In this document: in pieces, positions 40,130 through 49,561 of the stretch
Position numbering within the stretch: position 1 is the first letter of the stretch
Layout: each line of letters opens with the position of its first letter
Assembly: GCA_964409615.1 (NCBI GenBank)
Contig: CAYPDT010000001.1
Coordinates: 14,629-78,628, forward strand
Reading direction: 5' to 3'
DNA length: 64,000 bases
DNA from: an uncultured Candidatus Saccharibacteria bacterium
Lineage (GTDB): Bacteria; Patescibacteriota; Saccharimonadia; Saccharimonadales; AWTP1-31
Notes under the pieces: model-generated
The model's input: only the letters and a program-made list of their open reading frames with translations
The model's database searches: none
What the model was told of the DNA's origin: nothing
Program-made: the position numbers and the translations under genes

Positions 40130-40911
40130 AAATTAGTACTTCGCCATTCGATTCCACCGTCTGGGGCAATAGCCGATTCACTAGTAGTTTTAGTGGCCAT
40201 ATCCAGCACGACCACTCCGTTATGATCTGGGGTATATCCTCGGTCGATTAAGAACATATTGAGCGCTTTGCCAACGCGAACTTTTCTTTCAAGACTTTGT
40301 TCGGTTTCACTTGAGAGGACAAACATGGGGGTTGGGTCGATGCATCGAAAAAGACCGGCTGCGTTAATACGCAACTTTTCAGCTACAGTCGTAAAATACT
40401 CCATGACAGTTGGGTCTTCACTAGCCCTATATTTTTCTAATAGTTCCTCCCAGAGAGTCGGAGCGCCATCATTGCCGTATCGGTCGACATCGAAGATTAA
40501 TCCTCCATCGTACAACCGCCAGTGATTCTCAAAATCAGCATCATCATGATTGGCGCCTACAGCTCGGTGCATATCAAGAAAATCGATGTAGCCAGCACGT
40601 TTTGCAGCCGTATCAAAGACTTCCTGTCCAATAGCACGAGCATAATCGAGGCCATCATAAAATTCTGGTCTACCACCGCCGGCAAAAGGATGTTTTTCAA
40701 CGCCGCTCGACAAATCAACAGTTGGTACAAAAGCCCAGCGCGGGATAGCAAACTGCGAGCCACCACCACCTACATCTTGCGCAACTGTATCAGCAATCAA
40801 CAATCCATCTTCAAAAGACGTAGTGGGTAGCCCATTGACTTCTATAAGCTCGGGCGGAGTTTCTGCTAATAAAGTTTCGGTAAAGGTTGGTTGTATTAAT
40901 TGCTCAGCCAT
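40126..40911 (-). CDS. hypothetical protein (261 aa)
   Basis: ORF with a 4-nt overlap with the downstream gene. No motif recognised. Confidence 0.5.
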   Translation of the reverse strand: MAEQLIQPTFTETLLAETPPELIEVNGLPTTSFEDGLLIADTVAQDVGGGGSQFAIPRWAFVPTVDLSSGVEKHPFAGGGRPEFYDGLDYARAIGQEVFDTAAKRAGYIDFLDMHRAVGANHDDADFENHWRLYDGGLIFDVDRYGNDGAPTLWEELLEKYRASEDPTVMEYFTTVAEKLRINAAGLFRCIDPTPMFVLSSETEQSLERKVRVGKALNMFLIDRGYTPDHNGVVVLDMATKTTSESAIAPDGGIEWRSTNL

Positions 40912-40986
40912 ATAGTTCTCCGTTTTGGGATAGTATACTCCCCTCTACCATTAGTGCAACGCTCCTAAAGATTATCACACCCATGG

Positions 40987-42333
40987 TCACACTAAGCTTT
41001 TGATAATATCAGCTATGTATCCGCGGTTAAGCCAAAAACATTTTTTTAATAGTTCTTGGCCCTGCGGTGTTGGCAAAGTATCTGAAGCATTTTTACCTTT
41101 TGGTCGGACATGGGCAACATGGCTCTCGGAAGCCTTGGGCAAATTAGTAGCATCAATGGATACTCGTCGCTTGGTCTCTGTCCAGACTCGTTCTGCCTCT
41201 TGCCGGTCGGCGTAGGGCATATTCCAGTATTTTGCCACTTCAAAACGATACGTACCATTATCGTCTTCACGGAAAATTACAAACAAAAACTTACGCTCTA
41301 TTTTGGCGAAGAAACTGCTATCTTCCCAGTCCTGGTTGATAATTTCCATGTACTTAAATGTTGGGAACGACATAGATTCTGCTGGCATCCAATTTTTATT
41401 AACACGAATAGTTTTAAGCTCTACTTCTGCTTTATCAAGCTCCGGTGCAATACGGTGTGCGCTGCCAAGCATTCGCATCGTGAGATTACGGTAGAATCCT
41501 TTATCGTTTTTGCCCTTCTTATAAAAATCGAGCTGTCGAGAAATCTCATCGATAGTCTTACCGATATACGGTTTGAATTTTGCGTAGGTGGCATCTTCGA
41601 TTGTTTGGGTAGGAGAGATATCTAACTGGCCAACTTCTTGAGCGTGGCCCTGAATAACACGGTTCATGTAGCTAGCTTTTAGTGAGAAAGCACGTGACTT
41701 AGCTAGCTCAGCAGAGAACGGTTGTTTTTTGAGCGACTCACTCGCACCACCAGAACCTTTGCGGCAAGCACCTAAATAATACGTGTCGCCTTCTGATAGC
41801 TCGTGAGCTTTACCGTCGATAATTTTTTGTTGGATAATTTGCCAGTCGCGCTTTATAACCAACATGTCTTCGGGTGGAAAGACATACAAAAGTGGATCAA
41901 GCACAAAGCGTCGATTGAACACGGCTACATCTTTTTCGTACAAATAGAACAAGATGAGCATCAGGCGGCACTTCTCTAGTAGTGATGACGAATCCCACTG
42001 TTCCGACACGATGTTGGCGTAATTTATCATTGTCAGAACTAGCCGTTCTTTGGCACGATAGCTACCGTCAGAACGTTTGAGGACACCGGTGGTTTTAAGC
42101 TCTACACCGGCTTGGGGAAAGTCTGGTTTGTGAGTGGTATTATCGGGCTGGTATCGGTAGTAATACTTTTCGACCATGTTACCAAGGTCGCCTTTATTGC
42201 TAATATTTTCAGCAATTTGCGTCATGTCGACGACTTCTGCTAGCGTTTTACCAGACAGACCCTTAGCATACTGGAGGAGTGATTTAGGTGAGCTTAGGTC
42301 GTAATCGACAGGAGTTACTTGAGCCATATGCAT
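40987..42333 (-). CDS. Sau3AI/MutH-family type II restriction endonuclease
   Basis: KPDFPQAGVELKTTG (the D-x(n)-E-x-K site of MutH/Sau3AI), KERLVLTMINY, GKAHELSEGDTYYLGACRKG, RAFSLKASYM. The two-domain length is like Sau3AI. The start is ambiguous (42333 or 42327). Confidence 0.8.
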   Translation of the reverse strand: MHMAQVTPVDYDLSSPKSLLQYAKGLSGKTLAEVVDMTQIAENISNKGDLGNMVEKYYYRYQPDNTTHKPDFPQAGVELKTTGVLKRSDGSYRAKERLVLTMINYANIVSEQWDSSSLLEKCRLMLILFYLYEKDVAVFNRRFVLDPLLYVFPPEDMLVIKRDWQIIQQKIIDGKAHELSEGDTYYLGACRKGSGGASESLKKQPFSAELAKSRAFSLKASYMNRVIQGHAQEVGQLDISPTQTIEDATYAKFKPYIGKTIDEISRQLDFYKKGKNDKGFYRNLTMRMLGSAHRIAPELDKAEVELKTIRVNKNWMPAESMSFPTFKYMEIINQDWEDSSFFAKIERKFLFVIFREDDNGTYRFEVAKYWNMPYADRQEAERVWTETKRRVSIDATNLPKASESHVAHVRPKGKNASDTLPTPQGQELLKKCFWLNRGYIADIIKSLV

Positions 42334-42407
42334 AATTGTCGCAAACAACGTAACCGAATTGACCGCAGGGGGCTTGATCCAAACCATCAAAGTTGTTAAG
42401 ATGATAC

Positions 42408-43676
42408 ATGACTATGGGGAAAACAATACGAATCATCGAACTATTTGCCGGAGTTGGTGGGTTCCGAATTGGACTAGAAAATGCCAGCGATACTAAGACT
42501 ACGTTCAAAACGGTATGGGCCAACCAGTTCGAGCCGGCAACAAGCCGTCAATATGCTTCGGAAGTCTATGTAGCTCGTTTTGGAAACCAAGGGTTTAGTG
42601 GCCAAGACATCGAAAAGGTTATAGAAGAAGATTTCGATAGCATTCCCGACCACGATTTGTTGGTTGGTGGCTTCCCTTGCCAAGACTACTCTGTAGCCAG
42701 CACGCTAAAAAACTCTCACGGCTTGATTGGCAAAAAGGGCGTCTTGTTTTGGTCAATTTATTCCATCCTCAAGCGCAAGGGAGATGCAGCGCCTGACTAT
42801 CTATTTCTAGAAAACGTCGACCGACTATTGAAGTCGCCGGCTAGTCAACGCGGCAAAGACTTTGCTGTAATGCTAGCCTCATTGTCTGATTTAGGCTATG
42901 CCATTGAATGGCGGATTGTAAACGCTGCTGAGTATGGCTTCCCTCAGCGCCGGCGCCGAGTGTTCATCATTGGTTATAAAAAGGGCACCAAGCTGTATGA
43001 CAAGGCGAAGGCGGCCATGGCCGCAAACGCTGCTACATGGCTGACAGCCGACGGTGTATTAGCAGATGCCTTCCCTGTTGAGCCAGAAGTGCAACCACAT
43101 ACATTAGAATTAGACGGTACATATGCCGAGATTACCGACAACTTTTCTGCACACAAACCAACAATTAGCCCCTTTCACAATGCTGGCATGGTTATTGACC
43201 GCCAGGTTATAACTGGCAAAGTTGCTCCTGTATATGACGGCAAGACTATCACCCTCGGAGATGTGCTGGTCGATGAGAACGAAGTGCCCGAAGAGTATTT
43301 TATATCTGACGAAAAGTTACCAACCTGGACGTATTTAAAGGGTGCCAAAAAAGAAGAACGGACCACCGCCAGTGGACATAAATATCACTATGCCGAGGGT
43401 GCAATGGTCTTTCCTGACGCGCTAGACAAACCGTCACGAACGATTATTACTGGCGAAGGCGGTGCTGGGGCCTCTCGCTTTAAGCATGTGGTCAGAACAC
43501 CGTCGGGCCGCTTACGCAGGCTTATACCCTTAGAGTTAGAACGTTTAGACATGTTCCCCGACAATCACACCAGTCTCGATGGTGTACCCGACAGCAAGCG
43601 AGCCTTCTTTATGGGCAATGCACTAGTGGTCGGAGCAATTCAAAAAGTGGGTCAGTCACTCTCTAAGAAAAGGTAG
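42408..43676 (+). CDS. dcm: DNA (cytosine-5)-methyltransferase
   Basis: Motif I ELFAGVGGF, motif IV GGFPCQDYS, motif VI ENV, motifs IX/X RRLIPLELERLDMFP...GNALVV. Divergent from the endonuclease gene. Confidence 0.92.
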   Translation: MTMGKTIRIIELFAGVGGFRIGLENASDTKTTFKTVWANQFEPATSRQYASEVYVARFGNQGFSGQDIEKVIEEDFDSIPDHDLLVGGFPCQDYSVASTLKNSHGLIGKKGVLFWSIYSILKRKGDAAPDYLFLENVDRLLKSPASQRGKDFAVMLASLSDLGYAIEWRIVNAAEYGFPQRRRRVFIIGYKKGTKLYDKAKAAMAANAATWLTADGVLADAFPVEPEVQPHTLELDGTYAEITDNFSAHKPTISPFHNAGMVIDRQVITGKVAPVYDGKTITLGDVLVDENEVPEEYFISDEKLPTWTYLKGAKKEERTTASGHKYHYAEGAMVFPDALDKPSRTIITGEGGAGASRFKHVVRTPSGRLRRLIPLELERLDMFPDNHTSLDGVPDSKRAFFMGNALVVGAIQKVGQSLSKKR

Positions 43677-43679
43677 CGC

Positions 43680-44078
43680 CTACTGTGTTGAAGGAATTGC
43701 CAGCCATTGTGAAATGACTGATTGCAGCTGTGCCGTTTTCTGAACAATATCTTCTAGTGATGTTACCGTAATCATGCCACGGATATCGGAGCTCCATTCC
43801 ATAAGTCCACTGGTATCATGCATAGCTGGTTTGGCTTTTTTTTCTTCTTTCCGTGTTGCACCCATATGAAAAACAAGCTTCACAAGACCTTCTTTATTCA
43901 TAAGGTTTAACGTGATTCTATCTTCACCATCAAGCATGTAACTTGGCGCATTCCACTTTATATGTTCAGTTAACTGAGGTGCAGTTTTCAATATAATGCT
44001 TCGAAGCATTTCAATCTGTTGCCGTTTATCATCAGACTGGTCGACAAGGAAATTTTCAACGGTTTGGTATTTTTGCAT
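43680..44078 (-). CDS. DUF1801 (YdhG-like) domain protein
   Basis: VENFL...IKWNAPSYMLDGEDRI pattern. Confidence 0.6.
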   Translation of the reverse strand: MQKYQTVENFLVDQSDDKRQQIEMLRSIILKTAPQLTEHIKWNAPSYMLDGEDRITLNLMNKEGLVKLVFHMGATRKEEKKAKPAMHDTSGLMEWSSDIRGMITVTSLEDIVQKTAQLQSVISQWLAIPSTQ

Positions 44079-44262
44079 ACAGTTAACGATTGTTTATTCC
44101 ATCAAGGCGAAGTATGTTCCTGTCGTCACTATGCATTCCGCCAATATTGACATGCTTGTCACCGATATTAGCGCCATGTTCTATAACATGTTGAAATGAC
44201 ATATCCTTACTATATCAAGATCATTTTCTAGTCGAGCGAATATTTTCACTAGGTTTATGGAG

Positions 44263-44883
44263 CTAAGAGAGTAGCTCATCTAGCATTGGTAACACAAGGT
44301 CTGCAATAAGCTGGTGGCCAGCATCGTTTGGATGGAGGCCATCTGGCAGAAGCTCGGCCTGTGCTTGTGCTACGGCAAATGGCTCGTAAATCTTTACAAA
44401 CGAGATACCATTATCTTTACAAAAGCGCATAAGAGTATCATCAAATTCTTTGACCCGCTGATTGGTGTATCCTGAATCACCCCACGCTACCGGGTTAGAA
44501 CGTTCCTCTACACAGGGCGTTAAACCAACAACTAATATTTTACTGCTATGGCGTTTTGCTAGGTCTATTATCTTTTCAATATTCTGGATGTACCGAGAGG
44601 TGTTAGAGAAATTTTGGCCGGCTTTTGTACGAGAGTCGTTAGTGCCAACTGCAATGACAAACACCAGTTCTTCGCGTGCCCTAACCGTTGTTTCATTTTC
44701 AAAACGAGCCAGAACATCGTCACTACAATCTCCGGAGACGCCCAGATTAAAGATTGTCGGAGGGTCGTCGTACAAACGTTCTATCATCTGCTTGTCGTAG
44801 TGCCTGCGGATGCGACTTACCCAACCGCCATCGACATCCCAAAAGCCTTGCGCAATACTGTCACCAAATACTAAAACACGCAT
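44263..44883 (-). CDS. SGNH/GDSL hydrolase
   Basis: Block I VFGDSIAQG, block III GTND, block V DGLHPN. Confidence 0.85.
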   Translation of the reverse strand: MRVLVFGDSIAQGFWDVDGGWVSRIRRHYDKQMIERLYDDPPTIFNLGVSGDCSDDVLARFENETTVRAREELVFVIAVGTNDSRTKAGQNFSNTSRYIQNIEKIIDLAKRHSSKILVVGLTPCVEERSNPVAWGDSGYTNQRVKEFDDTLMRFCKDNGISFVKIYEPFAVAQAQAELLPDGLHPNDAGHQLIADLVLPMLDELLS

Positions 44884-44886
44884 ACT

Positions 44887-45339
44887 CTATTTCTTATCCT
44901 GCCAGAGCATGTGGTCGATAGGTCCAGCCTTGGACAAAGTTGTTATATTCTGGAAAGATTGTTCAAGGATTTGCTGTAACGCAGATACATCGATATCACT
45001 CAACTCCTTAATGTAGATACAGTAGCCGGTAGTAGAGTGTTTGCCGAGCTTAGCAAGCAAGGCACTGTAATGAGCCGTTCCATCCATTAAATACACTGTA
45101 ATCTTGCCTTTGCGAGGGTAAAACGCCAGGGTATGAGCATCACCCTTGCGTCCACTTGTGTAATGGTACTTGTAGACGCCATAACCAATAGTGCCAATGC
45201 CATACAGAACAGGATTTTCACCAGATATATCGTGCATCATCTGCATAATTGCACTGGCATCACTCTTTAGTGCTTCGTCGGCTAAAGAATCTATATATTG
45301 TTGGACCGAAATATCGTTACGTTCGTCCGCTTTGCTCAT
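44887..45339 (-). CDS. DUF1801 domain protein
   Basis: IGYGVYKYHYTSGRKGDAHTLAFYPRKGKITVYL pattern. Confidence 0.55.
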   Translation of the reverse strand: MSKADERNDISVQQYIDSLADEALKSDASAIMQMMHDISGENPVLYGIGTIGYGVYKYHYTSGRKGDAHTLAFYPRKGKITVYLMDGTAHYSALLAKLGKHSTTGYCIYIKELSDIDVSALQQILEQSFQNITTLSKAGPIDHMLWQDKK

Positions 45340-45378
45340 AGCTCAATGGTAGCAGAAACCGAGATTAATTATGAATAT

Positions 45379-45759
45379 TTAGCCTTCAATTTCGACCTGG
45401 AAGCCACCGTAGGCCATTTGACTCATATCGAAAGGTGATACAAAGTTACTGCTTTCGTCATAGGTTTCAGTCATTTCTTGCATGACCTTAGCATTTACCT
45501 CATCCCGATGTTCTTTTGATTCGAAAATAATAAACGAGAACCACACGTCATCATCGTTACTAGCACCAGCCATTTCGGTAAATGAACGTGATTTTTCGGG
45601 GCCCATCTCTTGTTGCTTGAGATCGTTACTTTTACACTCAAAGTATTGCAGCGCTCCATGCTTTAGCCATGAATTGCGACCATCTTCGGCCATCTTCTTA
45701 TATTCTTCAGACTTGCCTTTTGGTACAACCAGCACAAATCCATCTACATATTTTGCCAT
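45379..45759 (-). CDS. DUF1428 domain protein
   Basis: MAKYVDGFVLVVPKGKSEEYKKMAE...HGALQYFEC is typical of DUF1428. GGAGGG lies upstream of the ATG. Confidence 0.65.
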   Translation of the reverse strand: MAKYVDGFVLVVPKGKSEEYKKMAEDGRNSWLKHGALQYFECKSNDLKQQEMGPEKSRSFTEMAGASNDDDVWFSFIIFESKEHRDEVNAKVMQEMTETYDESSNFVSPFDMSQMAYGGFQVEIEG

Positions 45760-45860
45760 ATTAAAACCCTCCTACATTAGTTCTGTTCTGTTCTGTACTA
45801 TACTATACTGTAAAATTTTAGCATTTTGCAGATACTAACCACAGCGAGCAACAAAGCAAA

Positions 45861-47681
45861 TTACTTTCTACGGGATGCAATGCCAGTATTAGGCGCTCCG
45901 ACCATCAGCGTTGCTGGGCCGGATGGATCAGTAATGGTACCAACTGTTGGATTTTCATCGAAAGGGCTGTTATCGGCTATCTGGTAGACAATTTTTAGCA
46001 CTTTCTGGCTATTGATGGTTATATTACTCAAAACTGCTCCAGGTATAGTGGTGTAGCTATGACTGGCAGCATTATATTTGCGGGCAATTAGCTTGCTGGC
46101 ATCATAGTTTCCATAGAAATACTGAGTGAAAGTCGCCGTTGTGCCGCACCCAAATGCAGTAAAGGACATAAGACCAGCAGAATAGTCGTAGAACGAGTCA
46201 TTGTGTGTAGTCGATTCGGAAATGATTGTCGCTGCCGAATTTGAGGTACAGTCTGACTGTAAAACAACGTAATTGTTGGTGAGTGGATTCTTAAAGCTGG
46301 TCACATTGGCCTGCTGGCTATCCATGCCAGTATTGTAGTCTACTCCATGAGAGTCACCATTTGCATCGCCATAGTTGGGCCCATTAAGCTCGATGGAATC
46401 GAGGATACCATCTCCATCTGTATCCAGATTTACGCTCGCACCAGTTGACAGCCAGGCAGTAGCCACCTCCCAGTCTGATGAGCCAACTTCCCAGTTAGTA
46501 TGAAACTGAACTTCGTAGTCGGTGGAAGCCGTCAAGCCAGTAATGAGAACTTTCATGGTATTTGTTGGCCAATTTTGATACACCCAGGGGTCGCTACTAT
46601 TTCGTACCCTGTATCGAACCTGTCGCGAAACAGCATTCCCACTATACTTATGGTGCTCCTGACGACCCCAGTCACAACCAAATAGTAGTGTCGATTCTGA
46701 TTGGGTAGCTGGGTCATCACAGATAACTTGTCCAATTGAAAAAGATGGGAGTTGGCCTTCTTCGTGCAGATTCCAAAGGTTAACCTGATTCCAAGTAGCT
46801 AACGGTGCGTTAGTATCGTTGCCCAAGAAATATTCTGAGTCAGTTACTGCGTTACAGGTAACCGTGGCATCCCCCGTGCCTTTACAGTTAGAGCGGCCGG
46901 CTTGGACTTGGTCGAAATATGTGTCTGTTATTGATACGCTGGGGTTAGCGGCATCACCAACAATTGCGCCAACGCTACCCGCTACACGAACAGCTTGCAT
47001 ATTGGCTACAGAAAATGAGTTATCAACAGATGAGGCATCAAAAGCCGTGCCAACCAGCCCGCCTGAACGATTAGCTTGCTCAATTAGCTTTGTTTCACTG
47101 ATGGCACATCTGTGTATTGGTGCATCGGTTTTGTCCCTATCAAATAGTAGTGATAGGTAGTGCCTATCCTTGCTGTTAAAACCAAAGATATTGACGATGT
47201 TGAACCTGCCCTCAGATACGATTTTAGCCAGCTCAGCTTCTTGCAGGTCACCATCCATATTGCAAAATACAATTAGGTGCATATTCGCAGCGTAACTATC
47301 GCCGTTTGACGACTTGTCTTCAACCCGCTCAGCTACTGTTTCAAGCAACGTATCGTGCTTCTTGTTTCTGTGCGTAGCAAGTGTCTGCTCTACGTATACG
47401 GCTTCGTTTTCGCCACGTACCAGACCGCCATCATCATTGTCCATCATCTTTGCGACACGCAAATCATCACCCGTTAAGTCCATCAGTGCGATAGCGTGGA
47501 CAATAAGCCCAATCCACTCCCGCTTGCTCATACCTGTGTCGGTTACCTTGCTACTATCCTCAATCCAGTTCGGGTCGCCAAGAGCAGGCATTACAAAGTG
47601 CTTGAATGCAAGGTAAGGGTCAATCGCAACACCCTGAACCTTGATAGGCAGACCTTTTGGCTTCCAAGTATAGTCAGTCAC
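45861..47681 (-). CDS. chimeric protein: unknown N-terminal domain + GLUG-like repeats + FN3-like + Ca-binding DxDxDG + C-terminal beta domain ending in PNTG
   Basis: 606 aa. The segment GGLVGTAF...GSVGAIVG...YFLGNDTNAPLATWNQVNLW...QLPSF parallels a module in the 2013-aa protein. Also DTDGDGILD and a terminal VGAPNTGIASRRK. No N-terminal signal peptide. Confidence 0.6.
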   Translation of the reverse strand: MTDYTWKPKGLPIKVQGVAIDPYLAFKHFVMPALGDPNWIEDSSKVTDTGMSKREWIGLIVHAIALMDLTGDDLRVAKMMDNDDGGLVRGENEAVYVEQTLATHRNKKHDTLLETVAERVEDKSSNGDSYAANMHLIVFCNMDGDLQEAELAKIVSEGRFNIVNIFGFNSKDRHYLSLLFDRDKTDAPIHRCAISETKLIEQANRSGGLVGTAFDASSVDNSFSVANMQAVRVAGSVGAIVGDAANPSVSITDTYFDQVQAGRSNCKGTGDATVTCNAVTDSEYFLGNDTNAPLATWNQVNLWNLHEEGQLPSFSIGQVICDDPATQSESTLLFGCDWGRQEHHKYSGNAVSRQVRYRVRNSSDPWVYQNWPTNTMKVLITGLTASTDYEVQFHTNWEVGSSDWEVATAWLSTGASVNLDTDGDGILDSIELNGPNYGDANGDSHGVDYNTGMDSQQANVTSFKNPLTNNYVVLQSDCTSNSAATIISESTTHNDSFYDYSAGLMSFTAFGCGTTATFTQYFYGNYDASKLIARKYNAASHSYTTIPGAVLSNITINSQKVLKIVYQIADNSPFDENPTVGTITDPSGPATLMVGAPNTGIASRRK

Positions 47682-48329
47682 TTATTGAGCGACCTTTACC
47701 CCAAAAGAATACACCCAATTTAAGTCACGTTTATCTGCACCGAACCGCTCTCGCTCATTAAGTACATATGATTGCTTTACTTCAAAACCAGCCTCTCGGA
47801 GCATTTCTTCTGTAGCGGGTAATGTCTTGTAATTGTAAAAACGTGCTCCGTTGCTACTGAACTTTTCAACAAGTTGTTCTGTACCCTCACCCTCTTTAAA
47901 CGAGATACAAATTGCGCCGCCAGCAACTAACACACGATTAAACTCCGCCAAAGCCTTTCTTATATCTTCGTCATTAAGATGAAGTAAAACAGCGTTGCAC
48001 CACACGCCCGAAAATGCCTCATCTTCAAAGCCAAGATGACGAACGTCCATCTTTTTAAAATCAAACTGAGGATGAAGTTGCTGACCACGTTGTAGCAGCT
48101 CATCAGACATATCAATGCCAACTACACTCAGTCCAAAACGTGAGCTGAGAACGTCCATATCTCTGCCGTATGCACATCCAGCGTCAAGCAGAGGTTTATC
48201 AGAGTGTGGCACTAAGCCCGCCAGAGTTTCTAGCTCTGGCGTTAAAACCATCTCAGCAGTGCTCTCAACATATTTCTCAGGGCTATCGTTATAGGCTTGT
48301 AGGGTCTTTGAGACATAGTCGCCGCTCAT
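47682..48329 (-). CDS. class I SAM-dependent methyltransferase
   Basis: Motif I LLDAGCAYGRD and post-I VVGIDMS. Confidence 0.8.
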   Translation of the reverse strand: MSGDYVSKTLQAYNDSPEKYVESTAEMVLTPELETLAGLVPHSDKPLLDAGCAYGRDMDVLSSRFGLSVVGIDMSDELLQRGQQLHPQFDFKKMDVRHLGFEDEAFSGVWCNAVLLHLNDEDIRKALAEFNRVLVAGGAICISFKEGEGTEQLVEKFSSNGARFYNYKTLPATEEMLREAGFEVKQSYVLNERERFGADKRDLNWVYSFGVKVAQ

Positions 48330-48335
48330 ATGCGA

Positions 48336-48542
48336 TTACTTTTTCCTTTCAATCAATTTCATTACGTCTTCACGGCGGTATCGTCTATCACGGCGTGTGC
48401 CAAACCGCACTGCAACCAGATAGCCCTTTTCATCCCACGCCCGAAGCGTGTTTGGATGGCAGTTTAGTAGCTCACACGCCTGTTTAAGCGTGAGTAGCTT
48501 CGGCTCTTTTTTCTCTGATTGTGTCATACTATAACTATACAC
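48336..48542 (-). CDS. excisionase/MerR-type HTH DNA-binding protein
   Basis: LLTLKQACELLNCHPNTLRAWDEKGYLVAVRFGTRRDRRYRREDV is an HTH_17-like pattern. Confidence 0.65.
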   Translation of the reverse strand: MYSYSMTQSEKKEPKLLTLKQACELLNCHPNTLRAWDEKGYLVAVRFGTRRDRRYRREDVMKLIERKK

Positions 48543-48883
48543 GACTTACTAACGTGAGAATTACACAGACATTCCACGATGAAATTGCAACTGAACTAGA
48601 AAAGAAGCAACAAGAACTGAATGACCGCCTAAAGTTGCTAACAAGCGACAATAAGACGTTCCAAGTGACTGCTTCTTACCTGTTAGACCTAGCTCAGCGA
48701 GCCGAACAGCTATTTAATGAGAGCAATGAGGGGCTAACACAGAAGCTGCTTGAATATTTACTTTCAAACATTGAATTAAAGGACAAAAAGCTGTCCTATA
48801 TACTAAACGACCCCTTTAAAACCATCGTTGAGGCAAAGAAAAAGACCCTTGCGGGTCATAATTCAAATATTTGGTGCCCTTGA
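48521..48883 (+). pseudogene. remnant of a large serine recombinase gene (C-terminal coiled-coil part only)
   Basis: No catalytic N-terminus. The translation loosely parallels the C-terminus of the intact recombinase at 57333..58916 (…LLEYLLSNIELKDKKLSY… vs …VLLCSIFPKGLAWSY…). The nucleotide tail TCAAAtatTTGGTGC matches TCAAAaTTGGTGC at 58853..58864. Confidence 0.45.
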
Positions 48884-48924
48884 CCGACTTTCTTTCGAAC
48901 ACCTTTTGAGCTGGTTAAGCAGTC

Positions 48925-49548
48925 TCACCCTACTAGGTAATAGATGAAATGCTTTGATACATACTCGGCTGTTCTATCTATATCTTCCTGCGACTGATTT
49001 AAGATTGCCTCGTATGCTTTTAGCCGTGCTTTCCTTAAGCTAGTTAGGCATTTACGCGTGGAAACAATGTGCGTTCCATTTTCACCATGGACCTTTGCTA
49101 ATGGCAGCTCACTATCAGAAAATCCACGAGTAAACACAAAGCCGTTTATCGAATAGTGGTGTGACAAGGAGTTACGTAGCCTCCATAAAACTTTTGTAAG
49201 TGATATGGGGTAGTCAAAGAAAAGTTCGGCACTCTCCTTAAACCATTCTCCATTTTTATTCTTGGGTGGATGTTCTTTTTTATGATAAGCCCTAGCTATA
49301 ACTTCGATAGCAGAGCAGTAGACTAGTAATGGTGAGACATAGGGTAGATCAGTGGAGAGTTTACTCTCCTCTTTTTCCTCAAGCCCCAACTTCCTGAGTC
49401 TACCCGGTAGACCAATTGCGTACTGCAGGTCTCGCTCGAGTTCAATCAAAACACTTCGTCTTTGTCGAGTATTAGCACTATAGAGCTCAAAACTCTGTTC
49501 AACAAAGAATTCCCTGAGTATTTCTTTTGAGCTTTTAAAGCTTGCCAT
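48925..49548 (-). CDS. HEPN-like protein (RNxxxH motif), putative RNase/toxin
   Basis: 207 aa. LWRLRNSLSHHYS contains the R-N-x3-H signature shared by HEPN families. Lies 13 nt downstream of the XRE gene. Confidence 0.4.
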   Translation of the reverse strand: MASFKSSKEILREFFVEQSFELYSANTRQRRSVLIELERDLQYAIGLPGRLRKLGLEEKEESKLSTDLPYVSPLLVYCSAIEVIARAYHKKEHPPKNKNGEWFKESAELFFDYPISLTKVLWRLRNSLSHHYSINGFVFTRGFSDSELPLAKVHGENGTHIVSTRKCLTSLRKARLKAYEAILNQSQEDIDRTAEYVSKHFIYYLVG

Positions 49549-49561
49549 GTTTATCTTTTTG

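Noticed and set aside
44079-44262. 36-aa minus-strand ORF (MSFQHVIEHGANIGDKHVNIGGMHSDDRNILRLDGI) in the spacer
   Set aside because: The SD-like AAGGA is only 1 nt from the ATG, and there is no motif and no supporting context.
48872-48905. Possible complete tRNA or tRNA half (TGGTGCCCTTGACCGAC...TTCGAAC)
   Set aside because: Only the first 6 nt match a tRNA 3' end and no T-arm or acceptor pairing can be drawn. It is interpreted as an att junction instead.
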